Assembly: GCA_965153455.1 (NCBI GenBank)
Contig: OZ234493.1
Coordinates: 31,548,213-31,612,212 of the forward strand
Direction of reading: 5' to 3'
Origin: Sphagnum compactum
Taxonomy: Eukaryota
DNA length: 64,000 nucleotides
The first letter of the stretch is position 1. The number at the start of each line of letters is the position of its first letter. Shown here piece by piece: positions 13,389-27,165 of this stretch. A program made the translations under genes and the position numbers. A model generated the notes under the pieces. The model saw only the letters and a program-made list of their open reading frames with translations, was not told where the DNA came from and made no database searches.

Positions 13389-13760
13389 TTGTTGCAACCT
13401 TATCTTTTGGCTCATAACGAAACTTGAGGAAAAACAAAAATAATACGGGCTATAAATAAGCTAAGGCGAAAAATGCACCTAAACACATTATGGGTGTGAA
13501 AAGGAAACACTCGTGAGACTTTTGAAACAAACTTCCATTTTGTAAGTTGGAAATCTTGGTGTATTCCAAATCTTTGGGACAAAAGTGCAAGTGATTAACC
13601 TTATTTAAATAATAAGCTTTTATACAGTTGAAAAGTTTTCAAACCATAGACATTGAAACTGAACTTACATTTTCCATTTGTACCTATGACCTAAAAGTTA
13701 ATGATGGGAGTCAAATTGATAATTTAACTTTCAACTACAAAAACCTAAAATAAAGGTTAT
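13389..13760 (+). mobile_element. Possible degenerate LTR fragment
   Basis: Starts TGTTGCAACC and contains GGGAGTCAAATTGATAATTTAACTTTCAACTAC, resembling abundant moss LTR sequences as I recall them; no partner LTR seen. Confidence 0.3.
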
Positions 13761-14784
13761 AAGTACTAAGACCATGGACTTGGCAACCAAAAAAAACAAC
13801 TCGGAGAAGGGATGCCAAATAAAACTCTCAAAAATTACAAAACAAAAATAATATTCAATCACTAACATGGGGAAGGTAGTCTTGCCTTCCAAGATAAAAT
13901 CAATAAATTACAATGGAAAACAAAATAAACTGAAATTTTTAACTACCCATATAGAAAGCATAAAAGTAGCTACCTTCCAACCCACATATGAGCACTTAAA
14001 AAAACTATTGGTCCAGTAAACCAACAAGCCAATGTCTTCCACCTTGCTATTTACTTGTAATGATGTTGCCACATTCCACTAAACTACATGCATACTACCA
14101 TACTGTCATGTAATAGCTACCTTCCAACAAGCTTCTATATTCTAAAAAGCTAGTTGAAATGTAACCCAAGCAAAGAAAATAAACTAATCTCAAAACTATA
14201 ATATTTTACATCAAATTCTATTAAACAAATACCATACTAGAGGGAAAGTAAAGCAAGAAAAAAAACATAAAAATGCTATCACATTATACACATAAGTTTT
14301 ACAATATTTACACACTTGCATTACTTTTCCTTCATACAAATTTCTTTCTTTCTTGCATTTTTCCAAAGTTCCATACAAGAATGATAGGGAGTTCATCTCC
14401 AAATCCCCCTAATAAAACCACATAAGGTCCACATTTCTCCCACCATTTCCTTATTTTAATCCATCCAAAAATCATTCCTATCGATTAATAAACAAATACC
14501 AATCACTTATATCAATGGGCCAATTAATCTTATGTTTTCATACACAAGATAAATTAGAGGATGGTATCCCCCCATTGCTTTAGATTACATCCTTGTAATC
14601 TGGCTAAAGTAATCTTGTAATAAAAAAAAACACTATCACCTACTATTTTGGATAGGGAAGTAGTAACCAATGTTGTGCATGTAAGTGTCAATAGCCATAT
14701 ATACGGTGTGTAAATCTTGTGTAAGTGTAAATCATTTACACTTACACATCCAATTGTTTTACATTTACATTTATCATGTTGCAA

Positions 14785-14807
14785 TGTGTGTGTGTGTGTG
14801 TGTGTGT
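14785..14807. repeat. (TG)n microsatellite
   Basis: Directly visible TG run. Confidence 0.9.
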
Positions 14808-15456
14808 ATTTCATTTATATTTACACAAAGCCAATGTAAATATTTGTCAAATACACTTACAGAACCTATGTTAATGTTTTGGGGTGTAAATGCAAGTGTA
14901 AATACTAAAATTATTTGTAACCTTGTCTTTGGGCCTCCTTTCACCCCAACCCTTCTTTCAAGGGTATCCATGAAATAAGAAATTTCTGTTAAATCTAAAA
15001 ATGAAATGGTAAAAATTAGCATTTAATGCAAAAGGTTCAAGACTAATTATAATAGTTTTATAATTTACAAGTAAGAGCCATGAAAATATATATAGCAATA
15101 GTGGAGGCGCTAAAAAAAAAGACAAGGTGAAATTCAGTTCACCGCAAAAACTAATGTCCCCCCACCCTTGAATGCTAATTTGTTTTTCGGGTAGGTTTTT
15201 ATTTTTTTGAATCTCACCCTATTTGTGATCAAACTCAAGGTTATAGTGTTGTTTTCCTTAATTTATAAATAATTTTGTTATATACCTTCAATGACCATGT
15301 ACCTTCCTACAAAGTCATATGAATTAGTTATGGGTGTATATTGATAGTTTTTTTTACAATGAGTCATTTAGTTCGCTTATCATCAAAAAAAATATGAAAT
15401 CTCCCCTCCTCAAGTAAAAATCACATTTTTTACATTGTTTTACATAACCATGTAAA

Positions 15457-15459
<3 letters not shown>

Positions 15460-15494
<35 letters not shown>
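15460..15494. repeat. (TA)n microsatellite
   Basis: Directly visible TA run. Confidence 0.9.
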
Positions 15495-15497
<3 letters not shown>

Positions 15498-16279
15498 TTA
15501 CATTGTTTTATATGATTGTGTAAAACAATATAAATGTATTTATTTTTACATGTACATTTATACTATTTTACATGACATAGAATAAATTTCATTATGGGAT
15601 TTACATTTACATGAAATGAAGTGTAAGTCCCAAACCATTTGCATGCATAACACTACTTTTAAGGCAGCTATTGCTATTTGAAATACCAAGTCTTCTTGTG
15701 TCATGGACACTAATATTGAACATGGTCACATGATGAATGGAGTTCATTCGCATGGATTTATATCCAAATTTCGTAATCTATTCATAACCCATTTGTAGTT
15801 AACTTGTAGTCCATTTATATTTAATTCGTAAGTCATTTTTAAATAACTTGTAATGAACTCATAGTTCACTTCCAAATTATTTTAATCTACTATTAGTTAG
15901 CTTTTAGTTGATTCAGAATTGATGTTTAACTCATTTTTAATTAAGTTTTAGTTAATTCATAATTCATTTGTAGTCAAGAAACCTTGTAAAAAGTTTCTTC
16001 AATTGACGAGCACATGGAAACCTCCATGGAAGCTTCCTTGAACTAGCTTCCCCAAAATGCATAAATAGAGGTGGGACCCCATTACCTTCAATATGTTTAA
16101 CATTAATTTAAGCTACAATTTTGTTTCATAAACTTGCTCAGTTCTTTTTTGTGTTTACATTTTCATAATTTATCATAATAAAATTTTGTTTGCATTTTTG
16201 TTTGCACACTTTGTGATTTTATCTTTAACCTTTTGTGATTTTGATTCAATTTTTATGTTTTGTGTTTGGATTTAGACTT

Positions 16280-18900
16280 GGGTTTGTTTTTCATCAGTCG
16301 TTTTCTTAATTCTCATGCTTGTGACATCTTAAATGTTGTTGAAAGTTGTCATTTTGAATTACTCGAAGGGTGTTAAGACTATTCGTTAAGCTATAATCAT
16401 GCGAAGGCTTGATGATTAGTAGTGAAATGATGACGACAAGTAGTTTCATCCACCAAGGTTGGAAAAATGGGCTACATAAAAAATAACTTCCAACTTTCCC
16501 TTGAATTTGTTCCACTTGGTCATTCTCTTACATGCCTTTTGTTTATGGGCTACTATTTCCGATTTCAACATCACATGCTCCTAATAAAAGGTCAAGTAAT
16601 AAACCAATTTGAATTCTACTATTGTTGCCTTCATCGCCCTATGCTTCCATTTGGCCACTTGGGTTTGTAGCTTAAAAATTACCGTCCTTTGATTCCTTTT
16701 AACCTCCATTTTGGATGGTTTATCAATCCCCTTATTTGGATCCCAACTAGTTAAAAAATGATTGCCTTAGTGTCTTGATATTCCCCTTTCGTCACCCCAC
16801 ATTGTTAAATTTTGAGGGTAATTACTTCTTCATTAAGTTCTTCCAACCTTCCCAACCATGTTTCTTTGTCATGTTATGTCCTCAAAGGTTGTTAGGTAAT
16901 TCAAGCTAAAGTGCTCCTCAATTTGTACATCGATTACCTCTTATTGTTGGGCATTACCATTTTGTAAATCCTTGACCTTGTCCTTGAAGAACTTTACTTC
17001 ATTTTTCATGTGCACTAACAACACCATTTCATCTTTTGTTTCATGTACCTGATGATTAAACCCTTCGAATACCTCCCTTTTTTCCTTGAATTATTTATCC
17101 AAAATAATAATTATCTCCATGTGGTATTTAAATAATAATTCTACTTGTTACTACTCCCTAATTATTACCCTCCCTTTCCTTAAAGTCTTTAATTGGCCCA
17201 TTATCATCCCTAATATTATTGCCTTCCTTTTCGTCTATTGTAATAAATTGTTTAGACCTTCCAATTTTTTTATTTATCGTGGCTATGTGCTACTTGGACT
17301 ATCCAAAATTGGGGGAAAGTTGGTTTGCCTAATCAAGGACGGTAAACATTTCATTTTCTACTAGTAAATCAATGTGTGTTAAATGTTGGGAGGATGTAGG
17401 TGAATGTTCCTTCTATTGTTGATTGTTTACCATCCTCCCTCTTGTGATGGCTATAGAGCCTTCCCCACCAGTTGTGTGCATTGGTCGAATGAATGGCAAG
17501 AAAATGAATCTATTGTCATTTCAATCTGAATTTTCTTGTTAGTTTTAATTAGGGAATAGGTGGAAATTAGGGTGGAGTACCTGGTTCCACTTTCGGAATT
17601 GCTAGATAATAAGGTTGAAGAGGTACAAAAAAACAAGGTTAGTTTTTTTATTGTTATTTTTTTTATTGTCGTTCATGGAGAAAAAATGATGTTAACCTCG
17701 ATTACACTTTAGTTTTCATCTCCTACAAAAATAATTCAAATGGTTCCACGATCAACTTCATTTAGGTGGACTTACCCTCATGGGTGGGCTCTTCATCTTT
17801 AATATCAACTATTGTGTTTTGAAGGGGCTATCGCAGGTCACCTCCTTCCTTCCCTTAAGGAAAAATTAATTGCCCTTCCTTCAAATCATTGTTAATGTGG
17901 TAGATGATAATACATGTAGGGATAGGAATCCTTCATAGAAAAGATGTTTTAGTTCATGCTTGGGGGGTTGAACTCATTTGCTTTCCACCTCAACCCTTGG
18001 AGAAGTTGCCTCTCGTGACAAATTTTGCGCAAAGGATGGTTATGTACCATCACCCTCGTGGTAAACTTTGGTGAAGGTAAACAAAGATGATGTTTTAATG
18101 TGGGTTTGAACACCTTGACCATTCTTTATTTTACTTCCCCCTTGGTAAACTATCATCTATTTGTCAGGGATATTGAGGTAGGCTATTGATTTTTGGTTAA
18201 CTACCCAACATCGACTCATGCAATTGTTTTAAATCTTTATCCACAAAAAATTCCTTTTATCATCAATACAAAAAATGATGGGTACATGGTTTCTTGCCAC
18301 TTGGGGAGGTACTTCATCCTTCTCCTTGTTTCCCAAGTTCTATTCCACATACCATCCCAACAACATCATATCCTCTAGTGGAAACCAATGCCACAACAAC
18401 ACATCTACCACCTATGTGATTTCCAAGGTGGCAAACCTCAAATTGCCTGGCAATCAATTTTCCATATCAGGTTTCAAACCTTGGAGAAGTATCCCTAGCC
18501 AATTCATGTCATAGCTTGACTTTGCTTGGGCTACCATCAACACCATTGTCTTGTTATAATAAATATGATGGTTTTTGAGTTGTATCATTTGGAGGATTGC
18601 ACTAATTTTGTGAAGGTATCATCCATTCATTTTTACAGTGAACTAGCCTTCCTTGCCAAGTTTTGATAAATTTCATGAATTTCACTTCATTCTAGTCCCC
18701 ATCTCAAAATTCCCACACAAACAACTTTTCCTAATGCACAAAGTTAGGGAATGTGCCCCCCAACTCTTTTTATTTCTACTTTATTTTCATTATTGTCACT
18801 TTGGAAGTTTGTTTTTTAAGTTTTGGGATGAACTTGGGGCATGTCATTCATGGTGACCTCCTCCTCCTTGATTTAAAGTCACATATTTATGGGTGTTATG
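16280..18900 (-). mobile_element. Heavily decayed retroelement-like region
   Basis: Strong strand purine bias. A frameshifted gag-like motif FSCHSFDQ/AHNWWGRL lies at ~17440-17510 (minus). No intact ORF and no RT motif recognised. Confidence 0.3.
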
Positions 18901-21900
18901 AACAAATGTTCATGTTTTGAATTTTTCTTTTTATCACCAATTTTCTGTTTGATATAATTTTCAAAGTGCTAAAAAACATGAATGAAAAGTCATCAATTAA
19001 CATTTATTTGTTTATTGTGCACCATGGAATTAATTGGAATTTTTTGTGTGTTTTCAATGATTCAAATGGGTTGGTTTTGGGTTTTTAATTGCAAGAAATC
19101 CTTTAGGAAAAATTAGTTTAGGAATTCTTTTACTACACGTTTATTGATTTCCGTTTCCCAAGTGTGTTTTGTAACATTTGTTTTGAAGGTGTTTCTCATA
19201 TATTATCAATGGAATTAAAGTGTTAAAAAATTTATAATTTTCAAAAAAATTATTCTTGATCAACCATGAAGTAGATTATTGTAAGGAATTCCAATTAGCT
19301 TCCAAATGAACATGACTTTGATGAAATAATGTGAGATCAATAAATCAATTGTTATTGTAAAATATTAATGATGTACATGTCTGGCAAAAGATGACTATTT
19401 TTAAGAATATTCAAAACAAGTTGGCAACCTTGGAAATCAACAATATCAACTTTCATGATAGCAAATGCAAGTGATGATCATCACCATACATTGGTTCATC
19501 ATGTTGTTGTTTATATTAAAGAATATGATTTGTTATTTCTATTTGTTTATCATGTTGAAACTTCCCAAACTATAGCACCCACAATCATGCTTGTGGTATC
19601 ATTGGAAAACCTTTGACAACTAGAGGTGCATCAAAAAAACATAATCAAGAAATATGAATTTAGTTTATTTTTTAGCAAATGTGTCATTGTGTAATGTGGT
19701 GCCTTTTCATGGTAAGTCCAAATGAAGCAATGATTGAAGCAAATTCAATTGCTTTTTTCGCAAGGTAAACATTTTAAGTTTTTTTAATAAATTTTTTTAA
19801 AGGAAATTTTTGTTTGGTCAAGTAATATTGAAATAATAAAAAACTACATGAAATTGTCTATTGATCAAATTTTGTTGTTGTTTATGTAAACCATGAAGGA
19901 AATGGGTTTGCTGTCATAACTTTGGAAGTCCAATGTATATTATGCGTGCAGGGCATTTGTATTTTAATTCACAATTGTATGATTATTTTTGTGAGAATAT
20001 TTGTGACGAGGGACATTTCTCAAAATGAATCAATTTCATTTTTTCTTCATATTTCAAACAATGCAACAATTTTTGAAAATTGTAGAATTAGAAATTTGAC
20101 ATTTAAAAAAATTACACAATCTAATTTTTTACTCCATGTTTCAAAAAATACACCAATTATATGTTTTGTAGATTGCAAAATAAGATAAATGACATCTTTT
20201 AAAAAGTAATTATGTTATTGTTAAAACATAAATGTTTGAAAATCCAAACATTAACATTGTATCTTTGAACATCATAACATTTATACCAAGTTATATTTCA
20301 GAAAAGTAATGGTTATGTTAGCCATCAAACAATTTTGTTGGGGTTATGAGACCTCCCACATAAACAATGTTAAATTGCATGAACACTTTTACAATTATAT
20401 TTTGATAGTGAAAATTTTTATTTCAAGAATTTTACAAGATTTTAAATTATTTGTTTGATAAACCAATCAAAGTGGCTAATTGAAATTGAAAAAAAATTTG
20501 AACATTGGGTTGCAACCCATGAGCCATGACAACCGAAGAATAGAATAAAAAATGGACACCCGTATGAAAAACAAATTCATGAAACATGATGAAATTTTGT
20601 AACATGATAAAGTAATTTGAATTTAAGATGAATTTGATAATTAAAAAACCTATATTACAATACACAGCCAAGTTTGGCGCACAAGTGCCAAATTATTTAT
20701 TTATTTTAAAAATTAAAATTTGTAATGCGAGTTTTTATTTTGGACTTTTTAGCATACAAGGAATTTACATATTAAAATTTAACCAACTTTAAAATTCTTT
20801 TACTGCCTCGTAGTCAATGTGTTCACAATTGATGTGTTTATTTATATTAGGCCATGGTTTGATTCTAAATTCATGCAATCTAAGTTTTTGGAATTTTCAA
20901 CAATAGGGCTAATTATTTAGTTTTTTTTGGGAAAATAAGAAATAATTTAATTTATGCTAGAAGTCACCCATGTATTATGATATATATTTAGGTTAGAAGA
21001 TGGTTGCTTGTTGTTTTGTAATCATTCAACAATAGTAGTCCTAATCCCATACTAAATTAAATGGACATGCCTTTTGGTTTATCAACCATTTAAAAAGTGA
21101 GAATTATGCATTTAAAAAATCCTATAGTTGTTACATTCACAAAAGGAGTTGAGAAAATAACCAAAATTTTCATGAAATAATACAAGGCTGGAAAGGAAAT
21201 GAAGGTGGATATTGAATGATTTGAAGGTATGAACCAACCTTTAACAAGCTAGATACAAATTTCATATTGTGTGTGTGCATATATATATATATATCATATT
21301 GATTATAAAATTTGATATATTAAGACTTGCTTTTAAAAACATGATACAATTCTCACAAGTATTAAAAAGTTTCATGACAATTCATGACAAACTTTTCAAT
21401 TTAGTTTTAGGCTTACACAATCTAATGTATGTTTTCAAACAATAATGATTATGAAAATAAAATCTCTATCATCTTCATGCATATTTATCTTTGTTCAATT
21501 GATCATATTGTTGAATCATATAATGAATGCTTCCTTAAATGGATGTTTATAATGGGCATTCAATGGTGTTCTATTATCCAATAAACCTATAATATTATGA
21601 ATAATAAATATGCATGATGTAGAGGACTCAATTTGAACAAAACTAGGGAACCGACGACTGAATCTTGGATCTATATGAAAACATGAACAAGTTAATGATT
21701 GCAATGGACTTTTAGGGAATGGTTTATTCACTAAAACTGAATCAATTTAGTTTGCAACCATTCTCCCAACAAAGGAAAACGACCTTGTCATTTCAATCTA
21801 ATGTTTCACAGGACATCTTATGGAGATAATCACACACCAAACATTGTTAATGATGCTTATTGGGCACCAAAGTTTGGTGTTGGACCTATAACAACCATTT

Positions 21901-21974
21901 AGGTTCTTATAAGGTGATGTTGAAAGGTTCTAGAAGCATATTTTATTGTTGCAATTGTTCACAATAAATAAAGA

Positions 21975-22075
21975 AAGTTGAATCAAGTATGATGCAAGTG
22001 AACATGTTGTGAATTTCCTTAGTATCAAATTCATGTAAACAATCCAAAAATGTGGCAAGTATTCACGTGTGACCT
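21975..22075 (-). mobile_element. hAT transposase fragment
   Basis: Minus translation ATFLDCLHEFDTKEIHNMFTCIILDSTF resembles the FDxxxAHNMxxxMLDPxF segment also seen in the larger hAT relic at ~55990-56050. Confidence 0.5.
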
Positions 22076-22132
22076 TTTGTTGGATTCCAATCGTTAAGAA
22101 AAACAATTTAGTGCATCAAATTGAAGGAGTGG

Positions 22133-22231
22133 AACATTAGTCATCTTGTTTTCTAAGGTGTTTTTCTTGGTTCAGTTCAACATTAGTCATCTTGTTTTCT
22201 AAGGTGTTTTTCTTGGTTCAGTTCAACATTA
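22133..22231. repeat. Perfect 46-bp tandem duplication
   Basis: AACATTAGTCATCTTGTTTTCTAAGGTGTTTTTCTTGGTTCAGTTC x2 plus AACATTA. Confidence 0.9.
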
Positions 22232-23437
22232 AAACCGACTACATTTGCACCTTGCAAATGCATCACTAGAAAGTTATAGTGGCAATTAAACACACTACTT
22301 GATACAATTTGGATAATACAATTTTTTGCAATGGTTCAAGTTTGTGCAATTACAAAGTCAAATTATGCCCACTATAACAAATATGAGTAACAAATTGAAC
22401 TAGCAAAGTTTTGCTTAAATGTAACTAATTTCGTAGCAAACCTTGTTTCGATAAGTGGCTACATTCATGGCTACATACTTGCATCCGACAAACTTTTGTC
22501 CATACTACCCTACTTTTGCCAAATTTATTTGGTCACATTATACAAGCATGTATGACGGCTTGAGTAGATTTAATGCTTATTGGTTGCACACACCTTCACT
22601 TCATTTACCTTTTCAACTCAATTGGGATATTAACAAGCCTCAAAAAAAATATGATCCACACAATCACCCTCAAATGGTGTTTGTAATATGTATCCCCAAA
22701 TCCTCATAACTAACCACCGACCTAAAAACATTTGTGAAGGCATGACATAAGATACAAAGAAGAACTTTTTCACTTTCAAGAATCACAAGTACATTGGCAT
22801 AAATAATTTGTAGAACGCCCACAAAACAAACTTGAAACCCCATAGAATCCCAAAAAACGCTTCTTGCCGTATAGTAGCCAATTCATCTTGCATTTCTCAT
22901 TCAACAGCTTATGGCGCAACTTTGGCTATAAGTTTTGTTCTATTCAGAAGCAGTTCTTGAACCTACTCCTTTTGAAACTATATCAAATGAATGAGCAATA
23001 ATACTTGTTTAATCCAGACTCAAGGTTTTACCCTGCAAGACTCAAACCATTGCACCGAAGGATAGTCGGCTTGTGTACAGGATTCAGGCATTGAAAAAGC
23101 TTGCAGTTTTTGTGTCTATCAATCAGAACAAAAAATTTGCAAGGGTGTAGAACCTTGCTAAAGTTTGAGTAATTGCTATGGGTGAGGAAATACCACATGT
23201 TCTCAATGTACATCTTATAGAAAGGAATAGAATTTGAAACAGTTCTGAAACAGTTTGCAGCATTGACCTATTTAAAGCCAATTATCGAAAGGGAGGACTA
23301 GTTCTTAACCCAAAAACAAAAATGGTCTGACAAGACTTAGAGATTACCGTTGGCTTTGCAAAGATAGTAAGGAGATACTCATTATGATTTCCAAGCCAAA
23401 CACAACCAATAAGGTTGAACAAACAGCTAATCTTCCA

Positions 23438-26400
23438 TTAGCCGTTTGTGGACTTGTAATGATCATCATCAATAGTTGAATATACGAAGCCCTCGTTCAC
23501 CAAGAACTCAATAGCCTCCCTAAAATGCACACCCATTAAAAATGCACAGCAAGGGATTCAGAATGGCATGAAATAGCTTAATGACAGCATGGAGTTGTGC
23601 TAGCAACACTCCTTTCTTAGCTAGAGTCTTGGACTAAATCAAAGGTGAAATTGAACACTAAACAAACACCAAGTCTGGTCACTACTGCATAGCATTCAGG
23701 TGTTGCATTCAGCCTGCCCAATCTCAATCTATTGCAAGTTTAAAGACATGAAGCTCAATTATTTTTTATTTCTTAGTTACCTTTCTAGAATGCATGTCAC
23801 TGCAGTGACCTCTGGACAAATCAAGCTCATGCACAGATGAAAGGCAAAAGACAAAGAAATGAAAACTCACTTGACTTGTTGTCTCGAATACCCTACCATC
23901 CGTTGTGCTACCTGGTCAATATGCAGACCCTGCTCAATTGACCTGCAGTAGCACATTTGAACACAGGTTTCAGCCAGCAGCTGGTTGAAAAGTACAAGTG
24001 TAATACCCTTCCACAATTTGCTACTGATAATTTTCTGGAGTTGGCATGACAACAATTTGAAGTGGAACTTCCAAGACACCTGAAAAGGACTTTCTATGAG
24101 AGTTAAATCCATATCAAGCATTTCAAACACTGACTTTTAGGCATTTTCGGAAGGTACACTGCAGTCTTTTATTTAGCAAATGAGACCCAAAAGGGCAAAA
24201 AACAGAGGCAAAGATAGCATACAGGCTCTCAGGTTCCTCAAATATCATATGCACTCGCTTTTGGCATTCATCAACATTACCTCCCACCATTGCTGAAGCA
24301 GGAGGCAAGTACTGTACACATCACACAAACAAGAACTTCTGCAAGAGAGTGAAAATCTGACTTCCTTGACAAAATTTTTGTATGGGGTATCTGCAGTTGA
24401 AAATAATTTGGGCATCTTTGCATGATTGAAGGCAACAGTAAAACTACAACAAAAGGATGCATTTACAGAGCTCAAGATCATGGCTGAGTAGCTCAGAAGT
24501 TGATAAACTCCAATCAAAGAAAGTGACACATGTGAAACCAACATGACATTATAGTTGCACTGAGCTGACAACTGATGATTGTGAAATGGCCTGTGACCTG
24601 ATTGTAGTGGCTGGGATTAGTTGCAATTGTTGCAATGCCATGTGGTCCAACTCCTGCAGTACCTGCATGTGTTGGAGCTGTTGCAGTGCCACCCTAAAGA
24701 ATCCAAAGACTGCCCCATGAGAAAGGGAATGTGATGGAAACAAAGCTTTATTCTCTGTTTGTTTTTAGATCCAAGTAATGGAGAGAAATTAGAAAGATGA
24801 GGGTGATCTGACAGTGCAAATATAGGCTCACTGGGAAGAAATCATGCTGAAATTCAGGGCATTAAACAATATTCAAATACTGAACTTCAAGTCAGCTTGC
24901 CCTACAAAAAGTCAGCACACTAGGCATGTGGAATATACACCATAGTAAAATCCAGAGCAAAATCCCTTCAAGATGGGTTGCTAAAGAGTTGTTACCTGTG
25001 CTCTTATGTTTGAGAGATGCACATATATAACTTCCAGGAAGTGAAAGGTGAGCTCATTGAAATCTGTAATGGGCCTGGGTTCATACAATTGACATCAGCA
25101 TGTACTGCTCTGGGATCAAACAACCTCAAAAGGCCCTTCATGAGGACATTATCCCAGCAAGAACAAACATGGTAAGATTCAAGGTAAACATGAGCTGTCT
25201 TTTGAACCAGCAACCAAGCCTGAAAAGCTGTGGGGCAATTGATTATAACCATCAAGTGTAAGGGGAGAATCTTAAAACAGCCAGTTGTTGGAGACTAGCA
25301 GGTGGGATACATGATGGAAACAAACCAATGAAACCCTTAAAATTGCAGTGACGATCTAGAAGTTTTCGCTTACCTTACAGAGAAGGCAACTATATTCCGC
25401 TTCCCTTGAAATGATCGAAGGTGGCCATGAACTCGAACATATGTAAAATTCCTGTGGCCAAATGCAAACATAACATATCAATGCAGGACCACCCAAAGTC
25501 AATTTCTGGCAGAGTTATCTCCAGCGCAGTAAACATTGAGATTTCCAGAATTGAGAAATCAGTGCCAGGGAATACTGCCTACCGTATATTATTCATCTCC
25601 TGCATTTCATGTTGTTCTTGGCCATCAATCCTGCACCACAGTGTCCACCATAAATGCCCATCAAGTGTACCATTTGATGAAGAACCCACAGCTAGAATTT
25701 CATAAAGCCATAGACAACTATAACGGTTTACTCTTAGTGTAAGCTCTCAGAAAAATAGGTATCAGACTCTGAGGTAATACGCAAAGAATGGGTTTCTCAA
25801 CAACAATAGTATAGACAGACTGCAAAAAAACCATACACAGTGAATTCATCACATGCATGATTTCACCAGCAAAAAAATCCTACATCTGTAGAATGCTATA
25901 ATTGCCATAAGGAAAAGATCATAACCATGGAGAGTGGTGAGCGAGAAGGGTTAACAGGACTGACCAACGTTTCACCTCGATCTGACCTGTGGTGTCATCT
26001 AGTTGAAATGAAACATCTGTTGCCCTCTCGTCTTTGTCATGAACCATCCCAACCAGGGTCACCTGCAGAGCCAACTCTTGCACCAAAGAGAATCAAGATC
26101 TGAGAGAGTCACTTCTTTCTCCTGAACATTGTTTTGAAAAACTCACACAAATCACCTCCACTTTGTACTATCCATAATATATCCGTCACATAGGGGTCCA
26201 CGCTGAGGGGGCTTTACCAGCTAGGGTTTAAGGTGGAAAGGTCTATTAGGAGTGAAAGAGTGTACTAGGGTTTATAGGATTTTGGTATGTAACTGCAAGA
26301 CTGGTAAACCTAGATTACCGAACATAGAAACAGGCCAAGATTTCTATACTTCATAATCTAGGGTTACCAGCCTACCAGACATTGAAGGAATACTCGGATT

Positions 26401-26939
26401 TTCATTGAATTTTCAAATGTGCAACGACCAGGTGCTTATGTGCGAGAACTTTCGCTCGTAGAGAAAGAAGAAACGCACATTGTTCACATCAACTCCATCG
26501 ACGTAGAAATTCTCGTCGGACGGCTTTTGTATTGCTTGGCTGATCATCTTGGCTGTCAATGGTAGAAGCCCACTGTTCTGGGAGCCGCTTCTCTGTTCAA
26601 AAGGGGTCACTCATAAACCCTAAACCCTTGTAAAACATGCTCCAGCAAGAAGACATTGTGGAGAACCTAAAGCCAAGCTAGATTCTCCTTAAAACTAGAG
26701 ACGAGATCGAATTTCGTTCAATTACGCAAACTAGAGCGAAATTCATTCGGATCCACAAAACAAAAACTCCCACAGAAGGCAACAACAACAACAAGAAACT
26801 CGCGAGGTTATTATGAGAAAAGAAAGGCGTTACGTACCCTACCACCGCCTCCACCGAAGTCATTCGCTTGAGATTGCGAGGGCATGAAACCACCCCCTGC
26901 AAACATGGATCCATCTCCACCTCCCGCACCCGAATACAT
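23438..26939 (-). CDS. RPA2: Replication protein A 32 kDa subunit
   Basis: Exons (minus): 26939-26838, 26592-26479, 26062-25965, 25630-25583, 25451-25374, 25074-24996, 24693-24598, 24311-24223, 23942-23871, 23519-23438; 858 nt = 285 aa + TAA. Motifs: GGGFMPSQ N-terminus, OB fold ([50 protein letters not shown]), winged-helix C-terminus ([23 protein letters not shown]). Confidence 0.97.
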
Positions 26940-27144
26940 CCCTGGTTGCAACGAAACAAATGTTTTAAAAATAAAAATAAAAATTGTTTTACACAGTAAG
27001 AGACGCAAATCACGAGCAAACAAAAACAAGATACAAGCCAAAACAAAATAGACGTCGGCAGATAGACAGCAGTGCGAGAAAAGCTCACAGAAAAGCAGAA
27101 ATCCAACACACACGTCTGAGAAGCAAAGCACGGAAGAGCCAAGA

Positions 27145-27152
27145 GGCGGGAA
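27145..27152 (-). promoter_or_regulatory. E2F-like site TTCCCGCC near the RPA2 transcription start
   Basis: GGCGGGAA on plus, ~200 bp upstream of the ATG; E2F sites are typical of replication-gene promoters. Confidence 0.5.
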
Positions 27153-27165
27153 GACGACGTACAGA

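Noticed and set aside
14600..15640. TGTAA/TTACA-rich stretches as a functional array
   Set aside because: Low-complexity degenerate repeat with no regular period; most likely decayed TE subterminal sequence.
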